DNA from: Octopus vulgaris
Taxonomy: Eukaryota
NCBI GenBank assembly: GCA_951406725.2
Contig: OX597825.1
Location: forward strand, 63,488,001 to 63,552,000
Length of the DNA stretch: 64,000 nucleotides
Direction of reading: 5' to 3'
Positions within the stretch are counted from its first letter, which is position 1; every line of letters begins with the position of its first letter. The notes beneath the pieces are model-generated. The model was not told the origin of the DNA. It was given only the letters and a program-made list of their open reading frames with translations, and ran no database searches. Position numbers and translations under genes: made by a program. This document shows positions 1-13,303 of the stretch, one piece after another.

Positions 1-331
1 CAACTGCAAAGTTCAAAAAAATCAATTTGAAATACAGGTCATGTGAATATTTGGTTTATGTTTTATATTCTTGATGAAATCATGAAGGAATCATTGAGAA
101 ATAGAACTTATAGAAATATAACTAAACTTCTTCTCACTGAGTCTTGCAAACAGCATTAAATTCTTTTTACTTCTCTTTAATTTGATATATACGATTTTAT
201 GATTTTATTACGCATTTCAGAAGCGGTAAACATGGTAAAATTTCAGATAGAGCAGAAATCGTTATGTAGCGCTTGAATCCTTTATTTCCTTTTCATGTCA
301 ATTTCTTTTCCATCAGTTTTATTCATATATG

Positions 332-377
<46 letters not shown>

Positions 378-720
378 TACATATACACATATATATATAT
401 GTAAATATATATATATGGATAGATAGATGTATGTACATATATATATACACACACATATACATATATATACATTTATACACACATACAAACACACATACAT
501 ACAATTACATATCCACATATGTATGTCGTACCTCTCTATTCTTACACAAATGTATACATACACATAGTATTAGTATATATATGTGTATATATATTGTGTT
601 CGTGTATACATAAATATCTAAGCATATATAATATATATACATATGTATATACATATATATATATGTATATATTTAATTATATATATACATATATACATAT
701 ACATATACACACATAAACAT

Positions 721-760
<40 letters not shown>

Positions 761-1676
761 CAGCATGAAGTTGAGATTATTTCTAAGCACTTTCTTTCTC
801 TCTTTCTCCCTCATTTTGTTTTTGTTATGTATATATTTTCTCCTAGTTAAAAACTGGAAATAAAAGTAATGTGAAATGGCATGTTGATCTATATGAAAGG
901 AAATGTACAAAATGGAGGAAGCCATTTTGATGTTGTAGTTAGTGATGCTTTTTCTTCGCTATGGACAAATATGTTTTCTAAGATTATTAAATGTTTGTAT
1001 GAACCCATTAATTCTATAACTGAAAGAGATCGGCAAAGAAGACCATAATGAAGAAACACTTTTTGAAGCGCTTAGACGAATACACCTATACCAAGGACGA
1101 GAATATATATCTAGTTACTTCAAAGAAGTTATGTGCAAGAATATAAAGCTATAACATACGTTATCACTTCTACTATACGCAGGGGAATTGGTTGATGACC
1201 TTGGTTTCTGAGACTATTTATACGCATGAAAAAATCAGAATGGATTGTAAATATGCTGGTTTTCTTTTTGCCAAAAGCTAAGCGGAATATAGCGATATAA
1301 ACTGCAACAACGAAAGTGAAAATAATTACAAGAGAAAGTACTCATCAAAGGACAGAAAATGCTCTCAAGAAAGGACATTACTAGAAAAGTGAGAGGAAAG
1401 TAGAATAGTGGGGAAAGTAAATAAAGCTTTAAATTGACTTAACAGAATCAATGAAAAATTTTCTTCAACTATCGAATGCAATATAAGCAGAAAGAACTCG
1501 GTTGACATTGAATAGATCCGGAAGGAAAGGAGAATTGTGAAGTAATTATATAGAGGACTAGTTATTACAATATCCATTTCGTACTTAAACCGAGTGAAAT
1601 AAGTTTTGCTGGTTACATACAAACGATGCCACAAATGAATGTACTTGCATTGCACATTCACGCAAGTACCCAAATA

Positions 1677-1730
<54 letters not shown>

Positions 1731-1800
1731 GCATAAAAAATACACAAGTACAAGCATACGTACACACACAATATATATATAGATAGATATACATACATAT

Positions 1801-2040
1801 ACTCCTTTACTCTTTTACTTGTTTCAGTCATTTGACTGCGGCCATGCTGGAGCACCGCCTTTAGTCGAGCAACTCGACCCCGAGACTTATTCTTTTTGTA
1901 AGCCCAGTACTTATTCTATCGGTCTTTTTTGCCGAACCACTAAGTGACGGGGACGTAAACACACCAGCATCGGTTGTCAATCAATGCTAGGGGGACAAAC
2001 ACATACACACACATACACATATATATATATATACACATAC
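1801..2040 (-). mobile_element. SINE family A, 3' half
   Basis: Near-identical to 3617-3860; ends at the internal CA/TA microsatellite. Confidence 0.85.
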
Positions 2041-2059
2041 TTGAACTGCAACCGAAAGC

Positions 2060-2814
2060 AAGGATGCTGCGCAATGACGACTGGTTGCATCAGACAATTT
2101 ATCGATTAAACAGGTAAATGCATAATGACATATCATAAACGGTTGCTTATATTATGGCATCTTTAAAATCGATGGTTGTGTTATTACACGAGTTTAGATC
2201 ATAAGAAGGAAGTAACTCAATGTGGAAAAATGTATTTTACAGCTGTTTCAATAATTGATGTGCAGATGGAGCTTCTTGTGGAGAGGAAACGGCAGCTATC
2301 CTTATAGCATCAACCTGCTTCATCATCGGAGAAAAAATGAAATGCAACCTCAGATAGAAAACTTTGGTTAACTACTATTGTGGAGTAAAGAGAAGCCGTT
2401 AAAAGAAGAGACAAAGAAAATAAAGTCATTCAAATGAAGATTGAGAGTCACTAACAATAATATCAAGTGATAGATAGCTAAATTTCTAGAATTGGAAGAT
2501 ATACTGAGAAGAACGATAATCCCACATCTCTTCAATGGCCTGGCACGAAAATTAAGAAATCTGCATAAGGTCGAAGTAGATGTTTTCAAAAAGGAACCAG
2601 ATATCCTCATCGCCATAGTACCGGATGAACGAACAGCCCGAAATGAGGCACAGACGAGGGCAGTGGAATCAAACTCCATTGTACCCCATGTGAGCCAATA
2701 GTTGGGACAAAGGCGCATACAGGAGTGGTGATGTCAAAGACCCCAGACTGAGGAGATCAGAAAGACTACGCTGCTGCAGCGTGACCGCAGCCACATGGCT
2801 TACGCGAGAAAAAG

Positions 2815-2847
<33 letters not shown>

Positions 2848-3340
2848 AGAGTAAGGTAAAAACATTACGAAGGATATATTATAAATAAATAAGATTATTT
2901 ATGAATATATCAATGTCCAAATATGTATTCATAAAATAGACGAAGAAAAGCGTTTATAATTATGAACAAGTCACAGTTATAACTAAGAGGATTATAAAAC
3001 CTTTACATGTGAAAAATAGCAGCCTAAACCGCTATAAATCCATTATTAATTCATATCATTTTACATTAGCTAGAGATTACCGGTCTTTAAATATAAACAC
3101 TGTTCATGCCATTTGAATTCAAAGCTTGATTGTGTAGATAGAGGTGAAAACATTTCTATTGCCAGTCGGGATTCGAGGTAAAGTCTTGATTTGATTTCTA
3201 TCATTAGGAAACATTTCCCCTGATAATGCGAATGGGCCCCTTTAGTGGTCCCTAACGCCGAAATTGCAATAGGGAATTAACCAATTATTTTCAAGTTGTG
3301 GATTCTGTTTGCCATGTCGCCCGAGGACATTTTTTATCGC
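2060..3340 (-). mobile_element. Penelope-like element remnant (GIY-YIG C-terminus plus pLTR-like region with a degenerate HHR)
   Basis: 3330-3130 reads ISALGTTKGAHSHY...LYLESRLAIEMFSPLSTQ. Minus-strand CCGATGA (2323-9) and GAAACAGCTGTA (2238-49) are present. Confidence 0.35.
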
Positions 3341-3616
3341 GAGGAGAAATGATATGAGTTAGTAATAGCTTTACAGCGGTTTTGGGTGCAATTTTAAACA
3401 GGTAAAGCTTTTTTAACCCTCTTAGTTATAATTTCGACTTGTTCATAATTATAAACATTTTTTCTTCTATATTTATCTGTGTGTGTGTATCAATATATAT
3501 ATATATGTATGTATGCATGTATGTATGCATGTATGGGTATATCGTTATACAAGTATTTATTTCCAACATTCTATACTTTTTTATTCCCTTATCACTATAT
3601 TCATATATTTATATTA

Positions 3617-4036
3617 CTCTTTTTACTCTTTTACTTGTTTCAGTCATTTGACTGCGGCCATGCTGGAGCACCGCCTTTAGTCGAGCAACTCGACCCCGGG
3701 ACTTATTCTTTTTGTAAGCCCAGTACTTATTCTATCGGTCTCTTTTTGCCGAACCGCTAAGTGACGGGGACGTAAATACACCAGCATCGGTTGTCAAGCA
3801 ATGCTAGGGGAACAAACACAGACACACAAACACACACACATACATACATATATATATATATATACATATATACGACAGGCTTCTTTCAGTTTCCGCCTAC
3901 CAAATCCACTTACAAGGCATTGGTCGGCCCGGGGCTATAGCAGAAGACACTTGCCCAAGATGCCACGCAGTGGGACTGAACCCGAAACCATGTGGTTGGC
4001 TAGCAAGCTACTTACCACACAGCCACTCCTGCGCCT
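3617..4036 (-). mobile_element. SINE family A, full length (tRNA-derived, CORE-like, internal microsatellite)
   Basis: Minus strand has A box TGGCTGTGTGG, B box GGTTCAGTCCC, CORE-like TTGGGCAAGTG, a tail stem-loop and (AAAAGAGT)n end; about 10 copies in the window. Confidence 0.9.
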
Positions 4037-4776
4037 GTATATGAGTCTTATATTTATATATTTTCTTACCTCAAAGTAGAGGCTGCGAATGTCATGGGTG
4101 TTGCATAGCTTTTAACTAAATAATAAAATTAATAAAACAATCGCAATTTCTTCACGAGCACGGAAGTAAAGATGTCTTTTTATGAACGAAGACTTTCTAT
4201 TACTGGTATCTTTTCCTAAAGATCGAGCGTAAAATCTTTTGTCAACAGCCCGGGGATTATTCTCCTATCAATATAATTTAGTCGTAAACTATGACACTAA
4301 AATTCATGCCATGCTGCTTGAGATCCCAATCTGTATTTCTGGGGCTACGGAGCTGGTGAGGTTGGTGGGGCTAAATAGGGATTTGGCGATGCTTCGCTGT
4401 GTGAAAAGTATTCGAACAAACTAACGGATGGCTGAAGATATGTGTGGGTGCGCGTGCGTACCAACTGTATGAATGCGCGCGTTTGTAATCCGGCATATGG
4501 GTGAGGGCTGGTAGCGTCAATATGATGGCGCGTATATAGGTATTTGCTAGAAAGTGTGTACGTATGCGTGTGGATATGTATCTGCTATGTCTGTGTGCTT
4601 GTGTGTGAGATGTGTATGTCAGCTACGCTGTATAGGTGTAAATGTGTGTATGCGCGAATACACGTACGTTAATGTCTAACGCTTACACCTGTATGTGTAT
4701 CCGTATTAGAAATTCCTGTATAGGTATATGTCCTTATATGCGTCTAGTGTATGTGAGTATGCTTATTCATTTATTT

Positions 4777-5200
4777 ACGAATGGGTCCTGAAAATTTCTT
4801 GGATAAATGGAAATACAAGAGGATCAGTTAATTATGATTTTATTCAACATATCTCCTTATCAGATTAACGCACTTATTGCAGCGGCCCTTCAGTTTTTCT
4901 AAGTCATTAACCCTTTAGCATTTAAACTGGCCATAGCCGGCCAAAGGTATTCTGTCTGTTTATGTTCTAACTGGCCAGATCTGGTCTCTCACACCAATCC
5001 TACAATATCGTTTTAAAAATTAATAGCTACCTCATCAAAATCTCATAGCTACAAGATAATGCATGATTAGTTCAAAACAATGTGGATGAATAAGCATTAA
5101 TTTTGGTAGAATAATGCAAACACTAAAGGGTTAAAAGAACCCAGATGGTCGGGCTTCCAACCAGGATTTTCATGATATGCTTAAAGCCAGGAATTTCTTA
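4777..5200. mobile_element. Tc1/mariner end remnant interrupted by a MITE
   Basis: TACGAATGGGTCCTGAAAATT resembles a mariner TIR; the sequence resumes after 5134. Confidence 0.45.
4911..5130. mobile_element. piggyBac-type MITE (220 bp)
   Basis: TTAA on both sides (4907-10, 5131-34); TIRs CCCTTTAGCATTT / AAACACTAAAGGG. Confidence 0.85.
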
Positions 5201-6174
5201 ACAACCTCTTATATGTGCATGTATAAATGTATTCGGGTTTAGCTGGATGAAAGATTGTGCGTGTCTTTACATCAGGTATTTGTATGTGTGTCTGTGTGTG
5301 TGTGTTTGTGTTTGTGAGTGTGCGTGAGTGTATACATGTATGTATGTATGCGTGTGTATCAGTATGCATGTCTTTGATATTTCTGTGATCGTGAGCACGA
5401 CCGGAATAAGATTAAGCGGTGGCAACAGCATTATTTGGAGATAAATGAATTTGCCTTTGGATTCAGTCATGATATTCTTAAGAGGAGAAAACAAGGAGAG
5501 CATACATATACAGATGTGTGTATGTGTGTGTGTGTGTGAAAACGCACACCCACGTATATGAGGACGATCGTATCGTAAGAGACTAAGGAAAATGCATAAG
5601 GCTGGAGATTCACTCTATGATCTGTACAGACAACAGTGGATAGGCACTTTGCATTTGTTTTATGTGACTGAGAGTGTTAAGGTGGTATATCTGGATTGTC
5701 GACGGCCAGTGGCTTGAAGTGCATCAGGAGGGCCGCAATGAAATAAATCGTACTACCTGTTGTTTGAGGTTGAAGGTGGCCGGAGAATATGTAGTCTTTT
5801 GCGAAGGCGGACATCTATATTGCGGGAGCCAAGTCTTTGGTCAAGCCAACGGTATATTAGACAACACTTACCAAAAGTGCCACACAGATAGACTGAGTAG
5901 AGAACCATGTGTTTGGGAAGCAAAGTTCTTACCAAACAGCCATCTAAATATATATGTATAAACATGTTAGTGATACCATATCGCTTAGAAAATGAAAAGG
6001 AATAAAACTGGAAGGAGGACAGATGAGAGTAAATTAATTAGTAACGTGTGGAAATGTGAAGGTGTTTCTTTGTTGACAGAGAAATATATACAAAACTAAT
6101 ATTATGTTCGAGCGTCAAAATAAACATGTGATAGTCTAGTAATTTCAATATTCATAAGAAACTCCTCTATATCC

Positions 6175-6182
6175 ATCCATCC

Positions 6183-6279
<97 letters not shown>

Positions 6280-6367
6280 CCTACCTATCTATCTATCTAT
6301 CTATCTACGTATCTATCTATCTATCTATACATACATATATACATACACATATTCATACATATTTACA

Positions 6368-6422
<55 letters not shown>

Positions 6423-6485
6423 GCATACATACATATATTGCTATGTATATATATATATATGTGTGTGTGTATTGGTATATGTATA

Positions 6486-6529
<44 letters not shown>

Positions 6530-6530
6530 T
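6175..6530. repeat. (TATC)n plus (TA)n compound microsatellite
   Basis: Directly visible. Similar tracts occur throughout (e.g. 325-760, 8625-8800, 26987-27290, 38405-38620, 40295-40450, 48757-48900, 58905-59055). Confidence 0.95.
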
Positions 6531-7357
6531 ATGAGTGTGTGTGTCTGTGTCTGTGTAAATTGCTATTTCACCCCACGTATATTCTTGGATAATCTTCCCA
6601 CATATTCAAAGTGTGTAGTAATAATAATAAAAGAAGCGGTTGAGGAAAGTATTAAATTCTTGAAGGCAAACAATAGCTTGTTTGATGTTGAATATTTATT
6701 GTTGGAAACGATGGAACAATGCTACCATGTACTTAAGATTTGTTTGGAGTAATATCCAAGGGATAAGTTACTACAGAATGTTTTCTGAAATCGCGAGCTT
6801 GTATCGCACTTAAAGAGGCGAGATGTTTCATTTATCTAAGTAATTCCTGCTATTTGCCTTAGACCTCTAGGGTATTTAATAAATCATTATTTTCCCGATG
6901 GCAAAACTGTGAAAAATCGTAAATATATACTTTTAATCTAATCACAAATTTGACATTTTCCAAGTTAAGCATCATGGGGATTTGAAACCAAATTAAATTC
7001 TATGAAACTTACATAAGATGCGTTTCTCCAAATATCAATATAGGAAACGGTTCTGCAATAGTGTAAAACTTGTGGGAATTCGTTCCTTGATATATACCAA
7101 ATTCTTCAATTGCCTGTTGTATAGCTGTCTTCAAATTTTGGCACATCTACACGATCAAAAGCATGCACACACAAACACACAAACACACACGCATACACAT
7201 ACCACAATCACACACACACACAAATACGCACACATTCACACACATGCATACACATGTAAGTATGTGTATTCTGAGATATATAAGATTTTTTAATACACAC
7301 ACATATATATGTATGCGTATGTACACACATATACATACACACGCCTACATACATACA

Positions 7358-7401
<44 letters not shown>

Positions 7402-7699
7402 TATTTCCATACATGCATACATATATCTGTGGATATCTGTGTCTGTACGGATCTACATACACACACATGTATATACATATATGTGTGTGTGTTTGAATGT
7501 GTGGTGTTTCTGTGGTGTGTGTGAGTGAGAGTATGTGTGTGTGTGGTGTGTATGTGAGTGTGTGAGTGTCTGTGTGTATATGTGTTTGTATTCTCCCATA
7601 ATTATACACTTACACACGCACACGTACATATATCCAATGAAAGAAAATAACCATACAAAAGAAGGTAAGAAAAGTTTCTATTTCAAATCACAGTGGTAG

Positions 7700-7857
7700 T
7701 ATTTTATTAGATTTATCTCCTGCAGGCTATGTACAGTACGCTGCCTGCTAAAAGCAGAAGGAATAATACTGGCATAGAATATACGTAGGTATAAATAATC
7801 AATTTTAGCAACAACTGTATCAATTTTGACCTTCTTGGTATTACAGTAACATTATTG
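7700..7857 (-). pseudogene. Transmembrane exon remnant
   Basis: 7799-7713 reads IIYTYVYSMPVLFLLLLAGSVLYIACRR*, a hydrophobic helix followed by basic residues. The upstream polypyrimidine tract ends in ccAA. Confidence 0.45.
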
Positions 7858-8622
7858 GAGGGAAAACAAAACAGAATGTATGTGGTTTATAGTGTAGGTT
7901 ATTTGCTGTGTACTTCTGTGGATTTAGTGGTAAAATATCTCTGATATCTATTGATATCTAGAATAATGTCTCTTGTAGTTACGTTGATGTGATCCTATAA
8001 TAGCCCTCAGGTCCACGTGGTATACGTTGGGCCGAATAAAACATGGTTTACTACTGTAATAACTGCTTAAAGCGCGTCAGTAGTATTGTTGAGGGGTTTT
8101 GATTATAGAATACAAGCTTAGGTATTCAAAATTACATTACGCCACTTCGTAGTGAAAATGCTATTTTTGGTTCTATCCCTTGGTTTATAATACACTTCTT
8201 TTCTACATAAAGTAAAATATTTTGGAATCACACAACCAATTCAGTTGTATACAAAAGCAAGAATGAAGACAAAACCCCTGTGTTAATATGTATGAACAGA
8301 GGGATCATCATATTTTTTCTTTGTTCTTTTAAGAATGTATTTGCTTTCTACGTCGCAATGAAACTTTTTGAAATGCACAGTGATTTCAGCTACAAATCAC
8401 ACGTATGAATTAACTCACACACTTGTAAAAGATATTAAGTATCTCAAAAAACTTTCCAAGTATAGATAACATTACTAAAGATTAAAGAAAGTTCATAGCA
8501 CCAAATGAAGCAAACATCTTTTCATTTCGGGGATGTTTTTTCTTTTTTCTGTGAATATAACAACCTGAATAGAAAAATAGGTATTAAATCCGTATCATCA
8601 TCATATATTATATATATATGCA

Positions 8623-8692
<70 letters not shown>

Positions 8693-8711
8693 CATATACA
8701 TACATACATAT

Positions 8712-8742
<31 letters not shown>

Positions 8743-8749
8743 TAGATGT

Positions 8750-8802
<53 letters not shown>

Positions 8803-8809
8803 ATGGTGC

Positions 8810-9760
8810 AGTGAATAAACTGTCGTCTAAATTACGCATAATTGAAAATAGCACTGACATCTCATTTTAACAGATATATTTACCAAAATTACATAAAGAT
8901 ATCTTGAAATACTGCTGTAGCTAGGACTGGGTACCGTGAAAAAATTCAATATATACAAGACGGCATGCACAACATTGGTAATTCCTCCAATAGTAATACA
9001 CATTGTACACCATCACAACGTCACAGTATGAGAACTCACTCGGATAGAGAATACATGCCAGAAAGAATTGGTCAAGACCAGGAAGTGCCAACGAAAACTC
9101 AGGAGACACACGCGACATAATGACCCAATTACTCGTAACTTTCTAAATTGTTCCAATCCTGTACAACGCACTCAATCAAGTAAGCCTAACAACAGTTATA
9201 GGAATCAAAATGTCATCTGGTTCAACTCAATTTTCAGTTCTCTTGTTGTAACCAAAATCGCTGGAAATTTGGATAAATGTTTTCCTAAATCTGATCGATA
9301 TGATGCTCTTTTTAATCAGCACACCTTTTAGGTATCCTACGCTAACTCTGCTTTTTTAAAACACTTTATGCACCGCAATAGTAAAATGCGACAACAGTTC
9401 AATAGCCCATCTACTGGATCTAGCGGGCAAACGCAGCTAAAAATCAACAAACGAGATGTAAACCGTAATGAAAAGCACCAATTACGACTGAACTGTAATC
9501 GTACTAAATGCTTATGATATAGCTAACAAGGTAGCAACGTCGGAAAATGAAGTCGGAACTGCCACATGTACATATAAATATGACAAATGCTCGTGCAGAG
9601 GAATATCAAAATGCCCTTTGGTGAACCTCTGTATGAGTACAAATCTTGTATATAAATTTATCGTGCTGACAACGGAAGGACCGTATATTTACGTTGGGCA
9701 GACGGCTGATTCATTTAAGAATCGTTATCGCCACCACGTCGCCAGCTTCAAGAGAATCTC
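8810..9760 (+). mobile_element. Penelope-like element 3' part (linker plus GIY-YIG endonuclease), degraded
   Basis: RNQNVIWFNSIFSSLVVTKIAGNLDKCFP...LFNQHTF*VSY; 9588-9755 reads CSCRGISKCPLVNLCMSTNLVYKFIVLTTEGPYIYVGQTADSFKNRYRHH. Confidence 0.85.
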
Positions 9761-9934
9761 AAGCTCGTGTGTGTAGGTACATCCACAGCGCTTCTTCTAA
9801 GTTATGTAGTATACGTACAGTTTCTTTCTTTTTATAATAATACTTGAGCATGTTATCAGAAAGATATTGTTGTGTCATTCAAGGCACGCTACATTTCACA
9901 AACTATACACAATGCTTCAAGCGAACTATAATAT

Positions 9935-10003
<69 letters not shown>

Positions 10004-10006
<3 letters not shown>

Positions 10007-10678
10007 ATAAGAAAATGGAGAAATACATCTAAATCAAATATCAATTACCAGATAATACTCAATCACATACTTTATTAAACCACCACATAAGAGACTGTAG
10101 GGTTAAACATAAAAAAGCAGAACAAATCAGTGTACATAAAGGAATGTACATAAAAAAGGGTACATAAAAGAGTAATGTTGTATAATAAGTAGAATATATA
10201 TAAAAGAGAATATAAATTTAAGTAAATATAAATATAAGTATAGATTATATCTTACAGCTGTTTCGGCCATGTAGATATGTATGTCTCATTTTACCAATAT
10301 TAGCCTTTTATGGTAGGTCAATATATAGATATAAATGAGATATTTATATCTATATATTGACCTACCATAAAAGGCTAATATTGGTAAAATGAGACATACT
10401 TATCTACACGGCCGAAACAGCTGTAAGATGTAATCTATACTTATATTTATATTTACTTATATTTATATTCTCTTTTTTTATATATATTCTACTTATTATA
10501 CAACATTACTCTTTTATGTACACTTTTTATGTACATTCCTTTATGTACACTGATTTGTTCTGCTTTTTTATGTTTAACCCTACAGTCTCTTATGTGGTGG
10601 TTTAATAAAGTATGTGATTGAGTATATTATCTGGTAATTGGTATTTGATTTAGATGCATTTCTCCATTTTCCTATCTT
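10004..10678. repeat. Near-perfect palindrome, ~335-bp arms, 5-nt loop (10337-10341)
   Basis: Arms are reverse complements with few mismatches; each carries the HHR 3' half GAAACAGCTGTA. Confidence 0.95.
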
Positions 10679-11470
10679 GTATTAGTAATTTGTGGTAAAT
10701 CATTTTACCTTTGCCCATATAATACAGTAAATGAATTGATTGCATCGCAATCCTTAACATTTATGTATTAACTTTGTTGGGTACTTCACTAGCAGTATAT
10801 TGGATATATGTTATCCCATGGAGGGTTGCATTTACAACCCCTATCTCATTTGTATATATATATATATATATATATATTCATACACACACATATATTCATA
10901 TATTTGCACACGCACTCACATACACACACACACACATATATATATTCATATATAAACACTCATATAGATATGCACTTAATATTAAAATGAATAAATGAAT
11001 AACTATAAGTTCGAAAAGTTATGTCAAGTCAACATTATCAAGGTAATCTAAATTGGTGAAATTCTAAGTGAACATATGAAAACATTTTACCTGTTAAAAA
11101 ACCCTAGCAAAAGGAAACACTAAACCAAATTTAACTTTAGGCATTCATTCATTGAAGCACGGACCACATCTTTGGATATCTAATTTAGTTTATAAAAATA
11201 CAATGTAAAAAAATAGCATACTGGTACCATATTGTTTGATAGTTTGAAATCTACGTTTAAAAAACCCAACGCAGATAACGAGTATATTTATCTACAAGCA
11301 TTGATGACGTCATTGGATCCCTGAAGAACAAAAAGTGCAAACACGAATTCTATGTTATGCATAATAGATAAGTATAGAAGAAAAACTACGGATAATAATT
11401 CTAAGTAATGCTTAATAGAAATTCGTATACTTTACGTCGCAATAATTAAGTACCTATTTATTTATTCAAT

Positions 11471-12345
11471 ATTAGCAATGCATCCCGGCGTTGCTCGAGT
11501 ATTATGACCTCAAGCTACATTGTTTTGTTTCTTTATTATGAGCAAAAAAGGCACAGGAGATGTCTGAAGCAAACAACTCTTCTTTATAAACATAGTTTCG
11601 GTCATTTTGTGGTGAACAATGCTGAAAATGTTGACATCAAAAACAAGTAGAATGGTTGCTTAGATTAGAATAAAATCCTAACATTGCTCCCCAAATAACT
11701 CAGACTTACGCATGTAAAGAATGCGATGACGTATGAAAGCGTAGAGGTATCCGTTTTGCAGAAAGTAGGGTACAATGAAAGAAAGCTGCTTCATTGTGAA
11801 AGGCACAATCTCTGAAATGTTTGGGCGGACTATGCATTTCAACATGTATTAAGTGAAGCTGACAATGCTTCTGGGTAAACTATGTTTTGCGTAAGCCCAG
11901 TGCTGGCAGAATAAATATACAAGTCATCTGCACTGCTAACTCGAGAGCATGCGGCATAGAGTTGTCCATGAGAAAAGCAGGTTATTTGTAAACTGAGATC
12001 CACAATTTTTGAAGTTTGACTCTGGGCTTTGTTGATTGTCATAGCGAAGCAAAATCGTACTGGGAACCGGAGGCGCTTGAACAGAAATGGTACATTTAAG
12101 GGAATAAGAGGCATGCGTGGAATGTATGCGATCTCTCCTCGATGGCCGCCGGCAATCATGGCTGCTTCTAGGACATGACTTTTCATTGTAGCTACAGTCA
12201 ATCATGTACCATTGCATAGTTGTGGTGAGTCCAAATTCTTCAAGAGAATGATAGGTGCATATTTCTTTAGGAACGAATTGTGAGGTGGCAGTCCCGTGAG
12301 TTCTGGAGAGTTGAGAAATTCAACTGGATACTGAAGAGCGGCATG
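11471..12345 (-). mobile_element. Helitron 3' fragment (Pif1-like helicase C-terminus plus terminal hairpin)
   Basis: YPVEFLNS..GLPPH...LCNGT*...IPRMPL...RLRFPVRFCFAMTINKAQSQT...FSHGQLYAACSRV; hairpin CTCGAGCAACGCCGGG followed by CTAAT (CTRR-like end). Confidence 0.92.
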
Positions 12346-12465
12346 TTATCGTTCACTAGATGACAATGGCACTCTTGCTTTAGTTTTGACTCTATATCTT
12401 CTGGAGGAGTTACCTCAATCCTTTATTAATCAATATTATTATTATTATTATTATTATTATTATCA

Positions 12466-13022
12466 TTGAGTGAGAGAGCAGTGCATGCCATCAAAGTGAC
12501 ACTGGGGTAAAATATACGAAGCCCAATATACCCATCATGACTACCCGTCTGATAAGGGTACACCAGGCACATGCATCACAACCATATGTGCGCGACATGG
12601 TGATCTCATATCAAGATAAACAGCACATGACCTTGCAGGTGGGGCCCAGTTAGAATTTTCTTCAGGTTGAGTAGCCCATCCCGCTCAAATGGTCCTTGAA
12701 TAAGGGTTGTTTAAGGATGTTGAAAGAACCACCCATGTTTCCAGAGGTGAATTATTCAAACCCCAAAGAATCCCTCTCAACACATGGCTATGATGCTCCC
12801 CCACTACTTCTGCTCGTGATCAGAGATGCACATATCGTCAGCCACTAAGGGACATGCTCAACTGGTTAAGGTCAAACAACTGACAAGCAAATCTGTGGTA
12901 TTGAGCAGAATATTTGCTGTAGCCCATCTTTTATACCAAGACAAAACAATGTACATAATAACACTTCCAATCAGTTAAGATCAGAAGCCATGAGAGCCAC
13001 TGCCTGGTACTGCATCAGGGCA
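12466..13022 (-). mobile_element. (TAA)n-embedded non-coding retroelement, family C
   Basis: 557 bp flanked on both sides by TTA repeats; highly similar reverse-complement copy at 62830-63364. Confidence 0.8.
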
Positions 13023-13023
13023 C

Positions 13024-13105
<82 letters not shown>

Positions 13106-13162
13106 CATTATTATTATTATTATTATAATTATTATTATTATTATTATAATTATTATTATTAT

Positions 13163-13291
<129 letters not shown>

Positions 13292-13303
13292 CATAATTAC
13301 TAT

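Noticed and set aside
282-925. YI/CV/TH/poly-I/poly-N ORFs here and throughout the ORF track
   Set aside because: Translations of (TA)n, (CA)n, (TAA)n and (CAT)n microsatellites, which lack stops in some frames.
2748-2775. CTGAGGA-gatca-GAAA hammerhead-like core
   Set aside because: No stem I, and no valid stem III/UH.
3950-4036. tRNA gene
   Set aside because: A and B boxes are present but there is no full cloverleaf; it is the head of a multi-copy SINE.
7000-7145. Possible cytoplasmic exon of the cadherin pseudogene (KNLVY, NPxY-like)
   Set aside because: The similarity is too short to distinguish from chance.
11839-12201. Host PIF1 helicase gene
   Set aside because: Intronless fragment with an upstream in-frame stop and a Helitron 3' hairpin terminus.
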